From positions 620,001-684,000 of the forward strand of contig JAKMXF010000133.1 of NCBI GenBank assembly GCA_024704765.1: a stretch of DNA of 64,000 bases, given 5' to 3'. The translations under genes and the position numbers were made by a program. The stretch is from Oopsacas minuta (taxonomy: Eukaryota; Animalia; Porifera). Below, in pieces: positions 51,414 to 62,505 of the stretch. The notes under the pieces are model-generated. The model was not told the DNA's origin. It saw only the letters and a program-made list of their open reading frames with translations, and did not search any database. Numbering within the stretch: the stretch's first letter is position 1; each line of letters begins with the position of its first letter.

Positions 51414-51688
51414 ATGATAGATATGATAGATATGATGGATATGATGGATATGATAGATATGATGGATATGATGGATATGATGGATATGATAGATATGATA
51501 GATATGATGGATATGATAGATATGATGGATATGATAGATATGATGGATATGATGGATATGATGGATATGATAGATATGATAGATATGATGGATATGATAG
51601 ATATGATAGATATGATGGATATGATGGATATGATAGATATGATAGATATGATAGATGATAGATATGATAGATGATGGATATGATGGAT
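51414..51688. repeat. 9-bp two-variant minisatellite (ATGATAGAT / ATGATGGAT), about 30 units
   Basis: Direct reading; the spurious MID/MMD and IYH/IHH ORFs reflect the unit order. Confidence 0.95.
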
Positions 51689-52057
51689 TCCTTTGGACTT
51701 TAGAGAATCCAAATCCATTATCCATAATCCATTCGGCCCCTCAGGGCGGGTGTAAGTTAATTATAAAGGGTGTTTAGAGGTCATTTTATTTCGATAATTT
51801 GATATAACCGCTTTTATATCTTAGTTCGGTAAAACGGGAGTTCACTATTACAAGTTGTAATTAAAATAATTAAGAGGAAGGAAGGATATTTAAAATCTCT
51901 ATAATGAGAATAATAATCAGAGGTAGCCAGTAATAATACTTTCTAATGACGTAATTATCCCAATTCAGATATGAAGCGGAAGAAAGGCATGATATTATGA
52001 TACTCAGTGAAATGTACAAAAAGGGATATTAATAACATTATTCATTTTTTTGAAATT

Positions 52058-53233
52058 TTACTCATTTCTCTTCTTCTTCTTAACATCTTCCTTGTTTCCA
52101 ACAGCAGAATCTTCATGAGACCTTTTCAAAGTTAAATATGTTTTAATTCCATCTCCATCCTTTAAAAGCCGCTTCAAACCATGAATAACACAAGCATAAG
52201 AGAATCTCAGCTGTTCTTTACTCTGTATACACCCAAACCTCTGACTCCTCATTTCTAACAGAGTATCTTGAATAGTAATACTGTCACAGCTGTTAGCTCG
52301 CTCTGCAATTAGTAGACATGAGTCAATCAGTATAAATGCACCAGATCGACCTACTCCAGCACTGCAATGAATTACAGCTGGAGATTGTGAATTGTGTAGG
52401 ATTCCTGTTGCCCTGACAACGGATAAGAACGTAAGGAATGAGTTTAGAGATACAGGAGCTCCAAAATCAGGCCAAACAGTATACTGAAAATGTGTTAAAA
52501 ACCGCGGTTTTGATTCTGACACACACTCCAATTTAAATGTAGATATATAATAGTTCTTCTCTTCCTCTCTACTTTCACAAGTTACTCTGATTTTACCAAA
52601 CTTCACAAATTGTCCTGGAGAGGTAGGGTAATAAGAATAACATTTCTGCATTCCTCTCTCAACCAATTTATTCAGCATTACAATACCACATGATTCCACC
52701 TGCCATACCATAGACCAGAAATGTTCACAGGTTTCTGACAGAGGTGCTTGCGTCATAATATATCTAGTATTAGCTTTGTCTATCTTGACATAATTAGCAT
52801 TTATATAATCTGTATTAGCTAAGCCATTTAGTACAACTCTTGTATTATCATTGGGAAGAATATTAGAATATCTATTCAAATGTTCGTTATCAGGTTGTTG
52901 TGATATAGAACATGAAGGTCTTGATTCATTTGATATATCATTCAAGCGTGAATAGAGAAGAGACCATCCCAAACCTTGACTTCTCTCTTTTTCTATATAC
53001 TCATCTTCTAATCTGCTAGCGCTTTTATCACAGATTGGTAGAGAATCCTTAGAATAATTCGGAATAGGTTTTTCTATAGGAACCGTCAATTTTATGTCCA
53101 TGTGATTAGGTTTATGTTTCTCAAACGTGTTTTGGATAATAGCATCTGTATTGGTAATACAGTCATTCGTATGAGAAGATTCTTCTATATTGTCATTAGA
53201 ATATAATACAATTGATTTTTGTTCCTTGCTCAT
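52058..53233 (-). CDS. Non-receptor tyrosine phosphatase, PTPN1/PTPN2-like (probable start MSKEQK at 53233)
   Basis: NRYSNILP, DYINAN, TQAPL, WPDFG, HCSAGVGRSG, QLRFSY. Confidence 0.9.
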   Translation of the reverse strand: MSKEQKSIVLYSNDNIEESSHTNDCITNTDAIIQNTFEKHKPNHMDIKLTVPIEKPIPNYSKDSLPICDKSASRLEDEYIEKERSQGLGWSLLYSRLNDISNESRPSCSISQQPDNEHLNRYSNILPNDNTRVVLNGLANTDYINANYVKIDKANTRYIMTQAPLSETCEHFWSMVWQVESCGIVMLNKLVERGMQKCYSYYPTSPGQFVKFGKIRVTCESREEEKNYYISTFKLECVSESKPRFLTHFQYTVWPDFGAPVSLNSFLTFLSVVRATGILHNSQSPAVIHCSAGVGRSGAFILIDSCLLIAERANSCDSITIQDTLLEMRSQRFGCIQSKEQLRFSYACVIHGLKRLLKDGDGIKTYLTLKRSHEDSAVGNKEDVKKKKRNE

Positions 53234-53720
53234 GTTATATAAATCTGTATAAATATAGTATTCGGATAGTAAATTTATGAATATCGCGATTTTTACCAGA
53301 TATACTGTTTGAAATTGTTTTTTCACTTTCCCAAAAATTGAATAAAAAAACGATTCCAACTGTATTATCTGTTCTATAGTAATATGTGTAGTATACTGAA
53401 TAAATAAAGAGAGGACAGAATTCCGAGTTAATCCAACATTTATGTACTAAATTGTTGAATGCGATTTGTTGCAGAAATAGAACCTGTTCTATTTTCGTGC
53501 AAAGATGTTGCTTGAAAACGTTGCATGCACCTTGGTTGAATATGCCTTTTTGGATACAATAAAATGCAACAAAGCTGTGTATGGTAGACAATCCAGTATC
53601 ATAGTTAAGGAAATTCGATATTTCTTAGAAATGGATATTTAGCACCTAATGCTCAAAATTTCTCAAATATACTTTCCTAATAAATATTCTAATTTCAATA
53701 TTATCGGATAGATCGAAGAA

Positions 53721-55040
53721 ATGGCGAGCATAGCAGTGAAAAGGAACTTTATTGAACAAATCGACGAGACTAGAAAGAAGATTCGAGACAGCTTCAAGAG
53801 GTCACATGAAGCTCTACAACTAAGAGAGAATTGCCTCCTTTCTCGTGTTGATCAAGTAGAGGATAACTATAACAGCAAACATCAAGGAATGAATACATTG
53901 GTTGAGGCTTTGGAGAAAAACAAATCGTTCAGCGCAGAAATATTAAATTCAAATGTACTAGCAGATACTCATATAGGAGTAGAAGCACTGATAAATAAGA
54001 AAATCGAAGAATTATATTTATCAGTTGATACAAACAGCATTGAGTTTGTGTGGAACAATCAATTCGAGAATGACATAGAACAGCTAGGGAGTATTAAGCT
54101 AAACAGTCAGACTATCATATCTCCCACCCAAACCCCTCCTCAAGCGAATCCTATACTTGATTACATGGATAAACAGCAGCCTACTGCTTACTGTAAGGAA
54201 TATTCAGATAAAAAAGCTCCAAGCAAACTGAATGCTTACAGAGGAGGCTATAAGGGAGGCAGAAACATAGATAGGGGAGGTTTGGGTGATAGAAAGAGAG
54301 ATCAAGATGGTGTTAGAGAAGTGTTTGGAGATAGAAACATAGGTAGGGAAAGTTTGGGGGATAGGAATAGGGATCGAGGCGGTCGTAGAGATAGAATCGG
54401 AGATAGAGACAGGGATATAGGAGGTTATAGGGAAGGCTTTGGAGACAGGAACAAAAACCGAGCAATGTCTAGAAGAGAGTTTGGAGATCGAGACACAGAT
54501 CGAGAAGGTTCTAGGAGAGAGTTCGGAGATAGGGACAGAGTTCGAGGAGGTCATAGGAGAGAGTCTAGAAATAGGGACAAAGATGGTAACGATCGTAGAG
54601 ATGGGTTTGGAGAGAGGAACATAGGTATGGAAAGTTTGGGAGAAAGGAATAGGGATAGAGACAGTTGTAGAGATAGATTTAGAGATAGAGACAGAGCTCG
54701 AGAAGGTTCTAGGAGAGAGTCTGGAGATAAAGACAAAGATGGTAACGGTCGTAGAGATAGAATTGGAGATAGAGACAGGGATATAGGAGGTTATAGGGGA
54801 GGCTTTGGGGGCAGGAGCATAGGTAGATTTGCAGATAGAGACAGGGATATAGGAGGCTTGGGAGACAGGAACAAAAATCCAGAAATTCCTGTGAGAGATT
54901 TTGGATATCGGGACAGAGCTCGAGAAGGTTATAGGGGAGGCCTCAGAGATCGAAACAGAGATGGTAATGGTCCTAGAGAAGGGCTTGGAGATAGGAATTC
55001 GTCTACCTCAACTATATTTAGTTATCAAGCTGCACCATAG
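53721..55040 (+). CDS. Coiled-coil protein with an Arg/Asp/Gly 14-aa repeat tail
   Basis: The N-terminal coiled coil (KIRDSFKRSHEALQLRENCLL...IEFVWNNQFENDIEQLGSIKL) is of the same type as in the NHL gene. About 19 units of [FL]GDRxRDxxGxRxx follow at about 54281-54998. Confidence 0.75.
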   Translation: MASIAVKRNFIEQIDETRKKIRDSFKRSHEALQLRENCLLSRVDQVEDNYNSKHQGMNTLVEALEKNKSFSAEILNSNVLADTHIGVEALINKKIEELYLSVDTNSIEFVWNNQFENDIEQLGSIKLNSQTIISPTQTPPQANPILDYMDKQQPTAYCKEYSDKKAPSKLNAYRGGYKGGRNIDRGGLGDRKRDQDGVREVFGDRNIGRESLGDRNRDRGGRRDRIGDRDRDIGGYREGFGDRNKNRAMSRREFGDRDTDREGSRREFGDRDRVRGGHRRESRNRDKDGNDRRDGFGERNIGMESLGERNRDRDSCRDRFRDRDRAREGSRRESGDKDKDGNGRRDRIGDRDRDIGGYRGGFGGRSIGRFADRDRDIGGLGDRNKNPEIPVRDFGYRDRAREGYRGGLRDRNRDGNGPREGLGDRNSSTSTIFSYQAAP

Positions 55041-55249
55041 ATACATACTTGGGTGCAGTTATACATATACTATGTGAAGTAGTAGTTCTGTTGAATTCTA
55101 ATTTTGACATTCTATTTTCTATATACGTATAGTGTATTTCGTATTGTCGTTCTGATTACATTAGGTATTGTCATATGACTAGCAACCGAAAGCTACAAGT
55201 ATTAAACCAATTTTTCATACAAAGATGCCAGAGAACGTGTAAAATATTT

Positions 55250-55525
55250 TGTTTATTCCAAAGAATCGCCAAACTGGAATACTTATATAGCGGATTGTAA
55301 CAACAATCGTATAGAAGTATACACAGGGCTATCTCTTTAAATTCAGTGAGAAGATGAACCAACCTATAAGCATCTGCATATCTCAAAATAAACTGTTTGT
55401 TACACAATTGTAATATCATTCCATTAAAAAGTATGCGCTAAGATTAAGAGTGTTGGTAGTAGATGGAATGGAGAAGTTCAGATTTACAATCCACGCAATC
55501 TAGATATCTGAGCAATGATAAATTT
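55250..55525 (+). pseudogene. Decayed NHL-repeat remnant
   Basis: Fragments in shifting frames: TYIADCNNNRIEVY, GYLFKFSEKMNQPISICISQNKLFVTQ, KSVGSRWNGEVQIYNPRNLDI. Confidence 0.7.
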
Positions 55526-55829
55526 CAAATCTTAACTAATAAATAATAATCAATACCGGTAGTTGTTTTCATTTGTTTGTTTGTTTGTCCAATTTGACTG
55601 GACCTGTGTTTATGTATGTCTGACAAAGCAACACTTGTGGCCTCTAATAACGTATCATGAAGTTCTACAAGATATACCATAAAGGCTATAATAAAACACA
55701 ACAATTTGGCGATTATCTCGATTTAGTAAATAAGCTGATTTATTAAAAGCATAGCATAGCATTCATGGAGGGTGTTTAAGCAGGAAATGAGCTAAAATAA
55801 CAAATAATCGATAATTATTAAAATACAAT

Positions 55830-56699
55830 TCAATTGAGTACATTTATTGTGTTTAGATTTTGAGTTATAACAGAATCGAATACTCTCCATCTCTCATTGA
55901 ACTGCATGACGTTATTAGGTCCAGACTCTCTCCAAAACTTATCAAATTCTACAAACACATAAACAAACAACTCGTTAAACCGTTCCATTGATATTGTATG
56001 CTGATATCGCTCAGATAAAATGAATAGTTGGTATCTCAGTGATCGTGTAGTCAATAAATTAGACAAGAAGCTAGTTGTATGTATACCAACCAAAGCGAAT
56101 GGATAACCATATTCAGGATGCTGTGACTTGAGTAGTAAATTCCTAGCTAGCTCAGTACGTGTGTTAGCAAGGTAATAAAGCTGTGTAAGTGCTAGATATC
56201 CCATACCTCTAAAATCTGTAGCTGGATCTAATCCCTGAAAACCCAAATCTGACCACTGTTTACTTCTACGTTCTTTTAACTTCTCATTTGGCTTAAGGCA
56301 GTCCCATAAAGATAATAGAGTAGCTTCATGAGTAGTATTTTCTGTGGAATATGACTTCTTTAATTCTGTAACCTCTCGTATAAGTGAATTGTAATGTATT
56401 ATAAGAGATATTCTGTCTCTGAATCTTTCTTGAAAAGACAAGTCCTTTATTCCTTTACAAACTATCATTGCTGCAATATGCTCATCAACGGACTTATTGT
56501 TAAATCTGCTCATTGATACTAGACTACGGATTGGTGCACTTTTTGAGAAACACATTGAAGCTTCTAAAGACACACATTCTTGGTATATATCAGATCTGTT
56601 ATTTTCACAAATGCGCTGAATCTCACATTTTCTAGTCCAAATTCTGAGTAAACTCTTGAAAATTCTCCAGAAAAAGAGATGAATAATACCGAATAACAT
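55830..56699 (-). CDS. ELMO-domain protein (ELMOD1/2-like)
   Basis: HEATLLSLW, SKQWSDLGFQGLDPATDFRGMG, YPFALVGI, FDKFW. Confidence 0.85.
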   Translation of the reverse strand: MLFGIIHLFFWRIFKSLLRIWTRKCEIQRICENNRSDIYQECVSLEASMCFSKSAPIRSLVSMSRFNNKSVDEHIAAMIVCKGIKDLSFQERFRDRISLIIHYNSLIREVTELKKSYSTENTTHEATLLSLWDCLKPNEKLKERRSKQWSDLGFQGLDPATDFRGMGYLALTQLYYLANTRTELARNLLLKSQHPEYGYPFALVGIHTTSFLSNLLTTRSLRYQLFILSERYQHTISMERFNELFVYVFVEFDKFWRESGPNNVMQFNERWRVFDSVITQNLNTINVLN

Positions 56700-56955
56700 A
56701 ACTACGAATAACTAATGCAATTTGTATTTATAACAGTGAAGCAATTTATACGTCAATGAAATTACGTTACAAATAAGCAACACAATATACTTTGTTCATA
56801 TTTAAGCCCTCAAATTTACAGCTAAGCTCTGTTAAAAATTGCTGTAGAATCAGGAAAAGCAGTTTGTGAATAAATAATTACCAAAAAGCAACGTAATACA
56901 AATTTTAAATCGTTGCCAACCGGATTCAAATTTTCAGGTTTCTGTAAAGTACATA

Positions 56956-57063
56956 CAGTCAACTCGCGTTTAATATATAAAACGAATATACGTATCTAAA
57001 TTCGCGGTTATGCCGAAGAAATTGTCACGGTCCATTGAAATTCGATATAACAGGAGTTAACTG
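56956..57063. mobile_element. Tc1/pogo-type MITE (CAGTCAACTCC family)
   Basis: TA-CAGTCAACTCG ... ATATAACAGGAGTTAACTG-TA. Confidence 0.65.
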
Positions 57064-57242
57064 TATATACGTACTTTCCATATAAATCTTGACAATATAA
57101 GAACTGCGCTTTTATAGAAAAAGTACGTATTACTATACATGCGAATATTCCCCATCCCTTATCACGTAATTTGTCTGTAATTTGGACAACTTGTGTAATT
57201 GAACGATAACTGTAGAATAATCAAACTTAACAGATTTCATTC

Positions 57243-58361
57243 CTAGAGGAGACCATCGAAAAACTGTGCTCTTTCTGATCGACTTTGTACTTGTTGCCTT
57301 TTCTTCTTCTTCTTCTTTTTCTTACCCAATTCTTTAACAACACTCAACTCTATTTGTGGAGATTCGCTAGTTTCTGATAATTTTATTTTTTTGTTACGAT
57401 CTCTTTCTTCTATTTGCTCGCAATTCCTTTTCTTTTCAATCTTCTCTATCCCTATGAATATGTTAGATATTTTCCATAACATAACTTTATTACCAGAAGA
57501 GCAGCATAACATATCGAGAGCATCTGCTATTATAAGGTTATCAATCTGCATTTTTTGTTTGTGACCAATTACGCCTGTCACTTGTCGTAACAACATGTTG
57601 ACAATCCTGATAACTCCATCCCCACACCCGACGCACAGTAGTTCACCTTGTGGTAGAGCAAGACAGCTGTCAATAGAGCTGTCACTAACACAAGTAACAT
57701 GCGCATAAGGCTGTAACGGGTTATCTAACCAGGAAAAGAATTGTAGCTTCCCTTCTGTATCACCAGTAACACATTTCTTCTCACCGGAAATACAGCATAC
57801 ACACAGTATCTCAGAATTAGAATAAAACTTCTTTTTAACAATAATATCACGTATGTCTATAATAGCAATTTGACCCTCTCCAGTCGTAACTACAACCTGT
57901 CTATGACTGGGTGTATGACAAATACCAGAAACATATTCATTCTGTTCAGTAATCACTAATGAACCTATACAGCTTAAGTCTGCAGAATTATACACACTAA
58001 CAGTACCGCTATCATGTCCACATACTAGCCTATCGGATAAATATAACATTACATTGATAGGACTCTTAATAGCTAATAATACATCAGATAATATCTGTCC
58101 TGAAATGGGGTTTATAGATAATATATGTTTGTCTTTTGAAGCAGAATATAACTTATCACCTTTTAGAGAGAAACATAGAGCTCTACAAGCCTTGCTGTGT
58201 TCTTGTATTGATATATTCTCTATCATCTTTTTATCTCCATCTCCGCTAGGAGAGTAACATGATACTCGCCCTGTGATATCACCTACTGCTATTAGTGGAG
58301 TAGTAGGGTGGGTGGATATAGTGAATATATGGTCATCTGTTGTAACACTAAGAGACTCCAT
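57243..58361 (-). CDS. WDR55: WD40 repeat protein, WDR55-like
   Basis: IFTISTHP...IAVGDITG, HSKACRALCFS..GDKLYSASKD; basic tail ending FFDGL. Confidence 0.75.
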   Translation of the reverse strand: MESLSVTTDDHIFTISTHPTTPLIAVGDITGRVSCYSPSGDGDKKMIENISIQEHSKACRALCFSLKGDKLYSASKDKHILSINPISGQILSDVLLAIKSPINVMLYLSDRLVCGHDSGTVSVYNSADLSCIGSLVITEQNEYVSGICHTPSHRQVVVTTGEGQIAIIDIRDIIVKKKFYSNSEILCVCCISGEKKCVTGDTEGKLQFFSWLDNPLQPYAHVTCVSDSSIDSCLALPQGELLCVGCGDGVIRIVNMLLRQVTGVIGHKQKMQIDNLIIADALDMLCCSSGNKVMLWKISNIFIGIEKIEKKRNCEQIEERDRNKKIKLSETSESPQIELSVVKELGKKKKKKKKRQQVQSRSERAQFFDGLL

Positions 58362-58471
58362 TCAATAACTTTATTAGAAAGTTGCGAATGAAATACAGTG
58401 GAATTCACCTAATAGCAAGCACGAATTTCCATTTATATAAGAGCAGTGCTACTCAACCTTGGACACACCTA

Positions 58472-58629
58472 CAGTCAACTACTGTGATATCGAAGCTCAA
58501 AGGATCACGATAATTACTTTGATACAAGCGGAGTTCGATATAACTGATAGAATATATGTTACTCTGAAACCATATTCGCACAATTCCAGACTTCGATATA
58601 TCCGTATTAGATATAACAGGAGTTGACTG
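58472..58629. mobile_element. Tc1/pogo-type MITE (CAGTCAACTCC family)
   Basis: TA-CAGTCAACTACTGTGATATC ... GATATAACAGGAGTTGACTG-TA. Confidence 0.7.
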
Positions 58630-58907
58630 TATTTACAATTTAGTAATTGAAATGATGTGAACTTTCAATAGATCACAATGAAGCCCCAAACCCCATAGCT
58701 CTTTATACTAAGTTGGAGTACAGTACATTAGAGGAATGCTTTACAAATGAATCCATTTCTGGGACAAATTTGTAATTGAAGAAAATTACATAACTGTATA
58801 CAGTTGAATTGATCACTTCATCTGTTTATTAATATATTTGGCAAAAACAAAATAATAAATCTAGTCTCAAGCAGTAATATATATATTTTGAATGTTAGTA
58901 TAAGATA

Positions 58908-60065
58908 TTAATAACTTGTCAGATTTTCTAAACTGTTATCATGTGAGGGAATTGATTCCATATGAAAATCATTTGTTCTAGCATTCCTATTGGTCACTTG
59001 ACTGTCGTTAGGGAAATGGAAACTATGTTCAAGTTCCAGGTTAGTTTGTTTGAAATTGTGGTCCATCTGTGTGATAGGGTACTCTTTGACTTTAGTCCTT
59101 TTCAGATGTGAAAGAAATTCCAGTTCTATTTCCTTCAAATTCAAATGTTTGTAATTTTCCTTTTTCGTGAAATATACTATACTAATCAATAAGCCGAGTA
59201 GAGGGCGTGTGAATACCGCAATTATAATGAGAAAATACAAATAGCGGATTTCAATAGAAATTCCAATCAAATTTATTATCGCTACAAGAAGAGGGAATAG
59301 ATAAGAAGCTAGTATGATTAATGGATATAGTAAGAGAGCCTTGCTAACCTCACGATCTTGTTTCCTAATCTTCCTTCTAAGCATTGCAAGAAGTATAGCC
59401 AGATAACAAGCGATTACGAATATAAATGCGAGAGAAGAGGGGGCAACCCAAATAGAACCGTAAAATATCCGTGCTTCATGTATATTAAAATCTCTACTCG
59501 CATTCCAACTGTTCCACTGACATTGAAATGTAATATCTTGCAAGAACTGTGGTAATATTGTAACAAACGAGAATATAATAGGAAATATCAAGGCATTCGC
59601 TATGAAAATTCTCTCAACCCATTTTGAAGAAGTTTTGCAAAGAACAATATTCTGAAATAATTTGAATGTAATATTGAGATTCCAAATAATTACAGACCAG
59701 ATTGAGAAAGTTAAAAAGAAAATAAATGCAGCACATCCTTCATTAGAAGTACTAAAGAACCTGTATATATCAGTTATAATATACATAAAACTTGAAAATA
59801 TAGAAGATAGTGTTAGATACAATATTAACCTTTGTGTGTCAAATAAATACCTCTTGAATAGCCATATTACAAACACAACGAACAAGCAACTTAGAAAGGA
59901 TAATATAGCTGATAATTCTCGTACTGCGAACATAGAGTAACAGTATATCTGCCCCATAGCTTCATCATAAGGCTCAAATATAGCTCCACAGGATAATAAG
60001 TCATGAGATTGTATAGCATTAGTACTGTATTTCTTGTAATCTCTCCAAAGATAGGTCTCAGACAT
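58908..60065 (-). CDS. 7TM receptor, cAMP-receptor-like/GPR157-like class (probable start MSETYL at 60065)
   Basis: Seven hydrophobic segments; LSFLSCLFVVFVIWLFKRY...QRLILYL, a Cys in TM3/ECL2, and LLLYPLI in TM6. Confidence 0.7.
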   Translation of the reverse strand: MSETYLWRDYKKYSTNAIQSHDLLSCGAIFEPYDEAMGQIYCYSMFAVRELSAILSFLSCLFVVFVIWLFKRYLFDTQRLILYLTLSSIFSSFMYIITDIYRFFSTSNEGCAAFIFFLTFSIWSVIIWNLNITFKLFQNIVLCKTSSKWVERIFIANALIFPIIFSFVTILPQFLQDITFQCQWNSWNASRDFNIHEARIFYGSIWVAPSSLAFIFVIACYLAILLAMLRRKIRKQDREVSKALLLYPLIILASYLFPLLVAIINLIGISIEIRYLYFLIIIAVFTRPLLGLLISIVYFTKKENYKHLNLKEIELEFLSHLKRTKVKEYPITQMDHNFKQTNLELEHSFHFPNDSQVTNRNARTNDFHMESIPSHDNSLENLTSY

Positions 60066-60773
60066 AATGCACAAATCTAGCGGTAGAAAAATATTTGACA
60101 AACATGTTAGCAAGCTAATTAGGGTTTTGCTACTATAAATCAAATGAATGTGCGTATATTGGCAGTGAGACAGTTTTCTGTAGAGACATTTCTCTGCAAG
60201 ACTGGTGCGACTTTCCTATAGCTTAGTACGGCATTTGTCTACAGAGAGAGGAGAAAGATATTTTTGTAGATAGGATGTTGTTCTAGGTCATTTTGAGGGA
60301 CTCCTTGGTTTGCTGAAGTGGGCATTTACCCTGAATTAGTGGCTAAGCGCTACCTATTACAATATTATCCTCTATAGACAATATCGTATCTGTAGAACTA
60401 TCGTACAAGCTGAAGAGAAATGTCACATTAGTCTTGTAGAGAAATCCTAATTTTCACTTGAGCTTATGATTGCCACGTTGCATGCTTAAGCTTAACTAGA
60501 CACTTAATCTGATGGATTAAGTTAATCACGATGCAAACATCACAGTAGCCAATATTTACATTACATTCACAAGCGTAAACTGAGCGCTCAGCAATTGAAA
60601 ATTAAATGAATAGAAAATGTGAATCTAAGCATTCCATAAACACAATAGAGTAGTTACCACAAAGATACTGAATTCAAATTGAAGTATAAAACCTGATACC
60701 TTACATAATCAATAATATGTTCAAAGCAAACACCTAACTGCTATATAGCAAAAGTCAACAGCAATATCAGAAA

Positions 60774-61028
60774 ATGAGCTCGAGCGAAAGTTTACAGAAA
60801 ATGCGTGAGAAACACTTGAAGGGGATATCCATATGCGACCCTAGAGGGTTTACAATGCAAGCTGAGGGTACGCTAAAAAACGCGGCCATGACGCATGCAG
60901 CACAAGCTATTGTACTGCTTAGTAAGCTGGATGATGTGAAGGGATCCCCTACCATAAGAATTGAAACGAATCAAGGGAATATACACATCATAGAACGAGA
61001 TGGAGACACCATAGCTATTCACAAGTAA
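60774..61028 (+). CDS. LAMTOR5: Ragulator subunit LAMTOR5/HBXIP
   Basis: GISICDPRGFTMQAEGTL...PTIRIETNQGNIHI...GDTIAIHK parallels the LAMTOR5 roadblock fold and length. Confidence 0.75.
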   Translation: MSSSESLQKMREKHLKGISICDPRGFTMQAEGTLKNAAMTHAAQAIVLLSKLDDVKGSPTIRIETNQGNIHIIERDGDTIAIHK

Positions 61029-61890
61029 CAGCGTTGGCAGCGTATATTATCATGTAACAAATATAGTGTAATTATATGTGCGTATCTTTTTAGTTGTAGC
61101 CAATATGATATAGATAGTTTTGATCATTATGCAAATGTGTGACTGGGGATTTATGGTAATAAATATCATTTTACTTTATTGCATGAGTGAAGATTCAATA
61201 GAACGTATTATTGTAGTCGACTTCATGTGCTGACCCGTGCAGTTAACTGAGCTCTCAATAAATCGAAAATTATAAGTACCTACAGGTATATTTCGAAGAT
61301 TTGGGTAATTTACTTCAAAATAAGTAAGGTGTCAATATAACGACCGGTTTGGCGTATGGCAAATGAAATACGTAATATATGTCCATTTGTGCTTGAAAGC
61401 GAGAGCTGCTGTAAATAAAGTACAGTGGAACCAACATAATCCGATACACTTGGAACATAGTGCGGCTTATGCAGGTGAGGTTCATAGGATACCACATAAA
61501 TTTACGGAGACTTGGCAGCACTTGAGCTAGCTACAGTGGTGTTCGCATATCAGCATGTCTTTTAATAGCAAAATCAGCAACATTCCATCGACATAAGGTG
61601 CATATTTGTATGCTAAGTAGTTCGTATAATAGCAAATTCGGGTAGAGCAAGAAAAATTCTGCGAAATATGATTTACTAATTGCAAACTTCACTACTCACA
61701 ATGAAGTTATTATCTTGTATATGATGTTATTGAGGACTTATGGGAACAAGAAATAATGTTAAAACATAATACATAATCCGCTATACAAAACCTAGCATAT
61801 AATCCAGAGTACAGCACACATGCATAGCAGAATACAAACAATCAAATAATATAATTAGTGTAATTAGTTCCAATCAGAGATAGCATTACA

Positions 61891-62505
61891 CTAATTGTTC
61901 TGTTGCTCTCTCAGCTGTGCTAGCCTAGCAGACAAGCCGTCCTGCTCCTGAGTAGCGGTAGAAGGTAGCCCTACCTGTTGTGAGCTCAGCTCCATGTTCA
62001 ATTCGAGACCTGCTTCATCTGCTACCTCCTGCATCAAGTTATCTACCTGTGTTTCTGGTACGTTCAGTACTGTGGTTCCTTGCATAGCCTCGTCCATGAC
62101 CTGGGTCTGTACATCCAGGTGCTCGAATTGACGCTCAAAATCGTCCATTAGTTTCGTGACTTTTTCTAGATTCATAGACTTCATAGCGGACTCCATGGCT
62201 GATACCACACCCCCCATTGATTTGGTAACCTGCTGCATGGTGACAGCTGTTTGTACACGTTGTGAGACTGCATCCACGCGGGAGGACATACGGCGATAGT
62301 TGAGAGCTTGGTTCTTCTGTCTGATAGCATTCTCAGCGTGTATACGAGCACCTTCTAGGTTACTCTTCTGTATAGCTTTCTTAAGTTTAGTTTTCTCACC
62401 CTTTTCGTCTTTCTCGCACTTGACGGCGTTTCTCTCCAGCTGTTTAGCAGCTAGTCTTAGATTGAATAAGTTATCTTGCATTTTCTGGGCATTGCTCTTG
62501 AACAT
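61891..62505 (-). CDS. CHMP1: ESCRT-III subunit CHMP1
   Basis: LFNLRLAAKQL, ARIHAENAIRQKNQA, VDAVSQRVQTAVTM, MNLEKV; MIM-like C-terminal LSARLAQLR. Confidence 0.93.
   Translation of the reverse strand: MFKSNAQKMQDNLFNLRLAAKQLERNAVKCEKDEKGEKTKLKKAIQKSNLEGARIHAENAIRQKNQALNYRRMSSRVDAVSQRVQTAVTMQQVTKSMGGVVSAMESAMKSMNLEKVTKLMDDFERQFEHLDVQTQVMDEAMQGTTVLNVPETQVDNLMQEVADEAGLELNMELSSQQVGLPSTATQEQDGLSARLAQLREQQNN

Noticed and set aside
51203-51725. His-rich, SII-repeat and MID/MMD-repeat ORFs
   Set aside because: They are open only because the 9-bp repeat lacks stops in those frames; there is no protein-like flanking sequence.
61310-61521. Two short overlapping minus-strand ORFs
   Set aside because: No motif, splice context or family recognised.
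42389-62505. SPAST and its known partner CHMP1 in the same window
   Set aside because: They are about 18 kb and many genes apart in a gene-dense genome; coincidence is sufficient.
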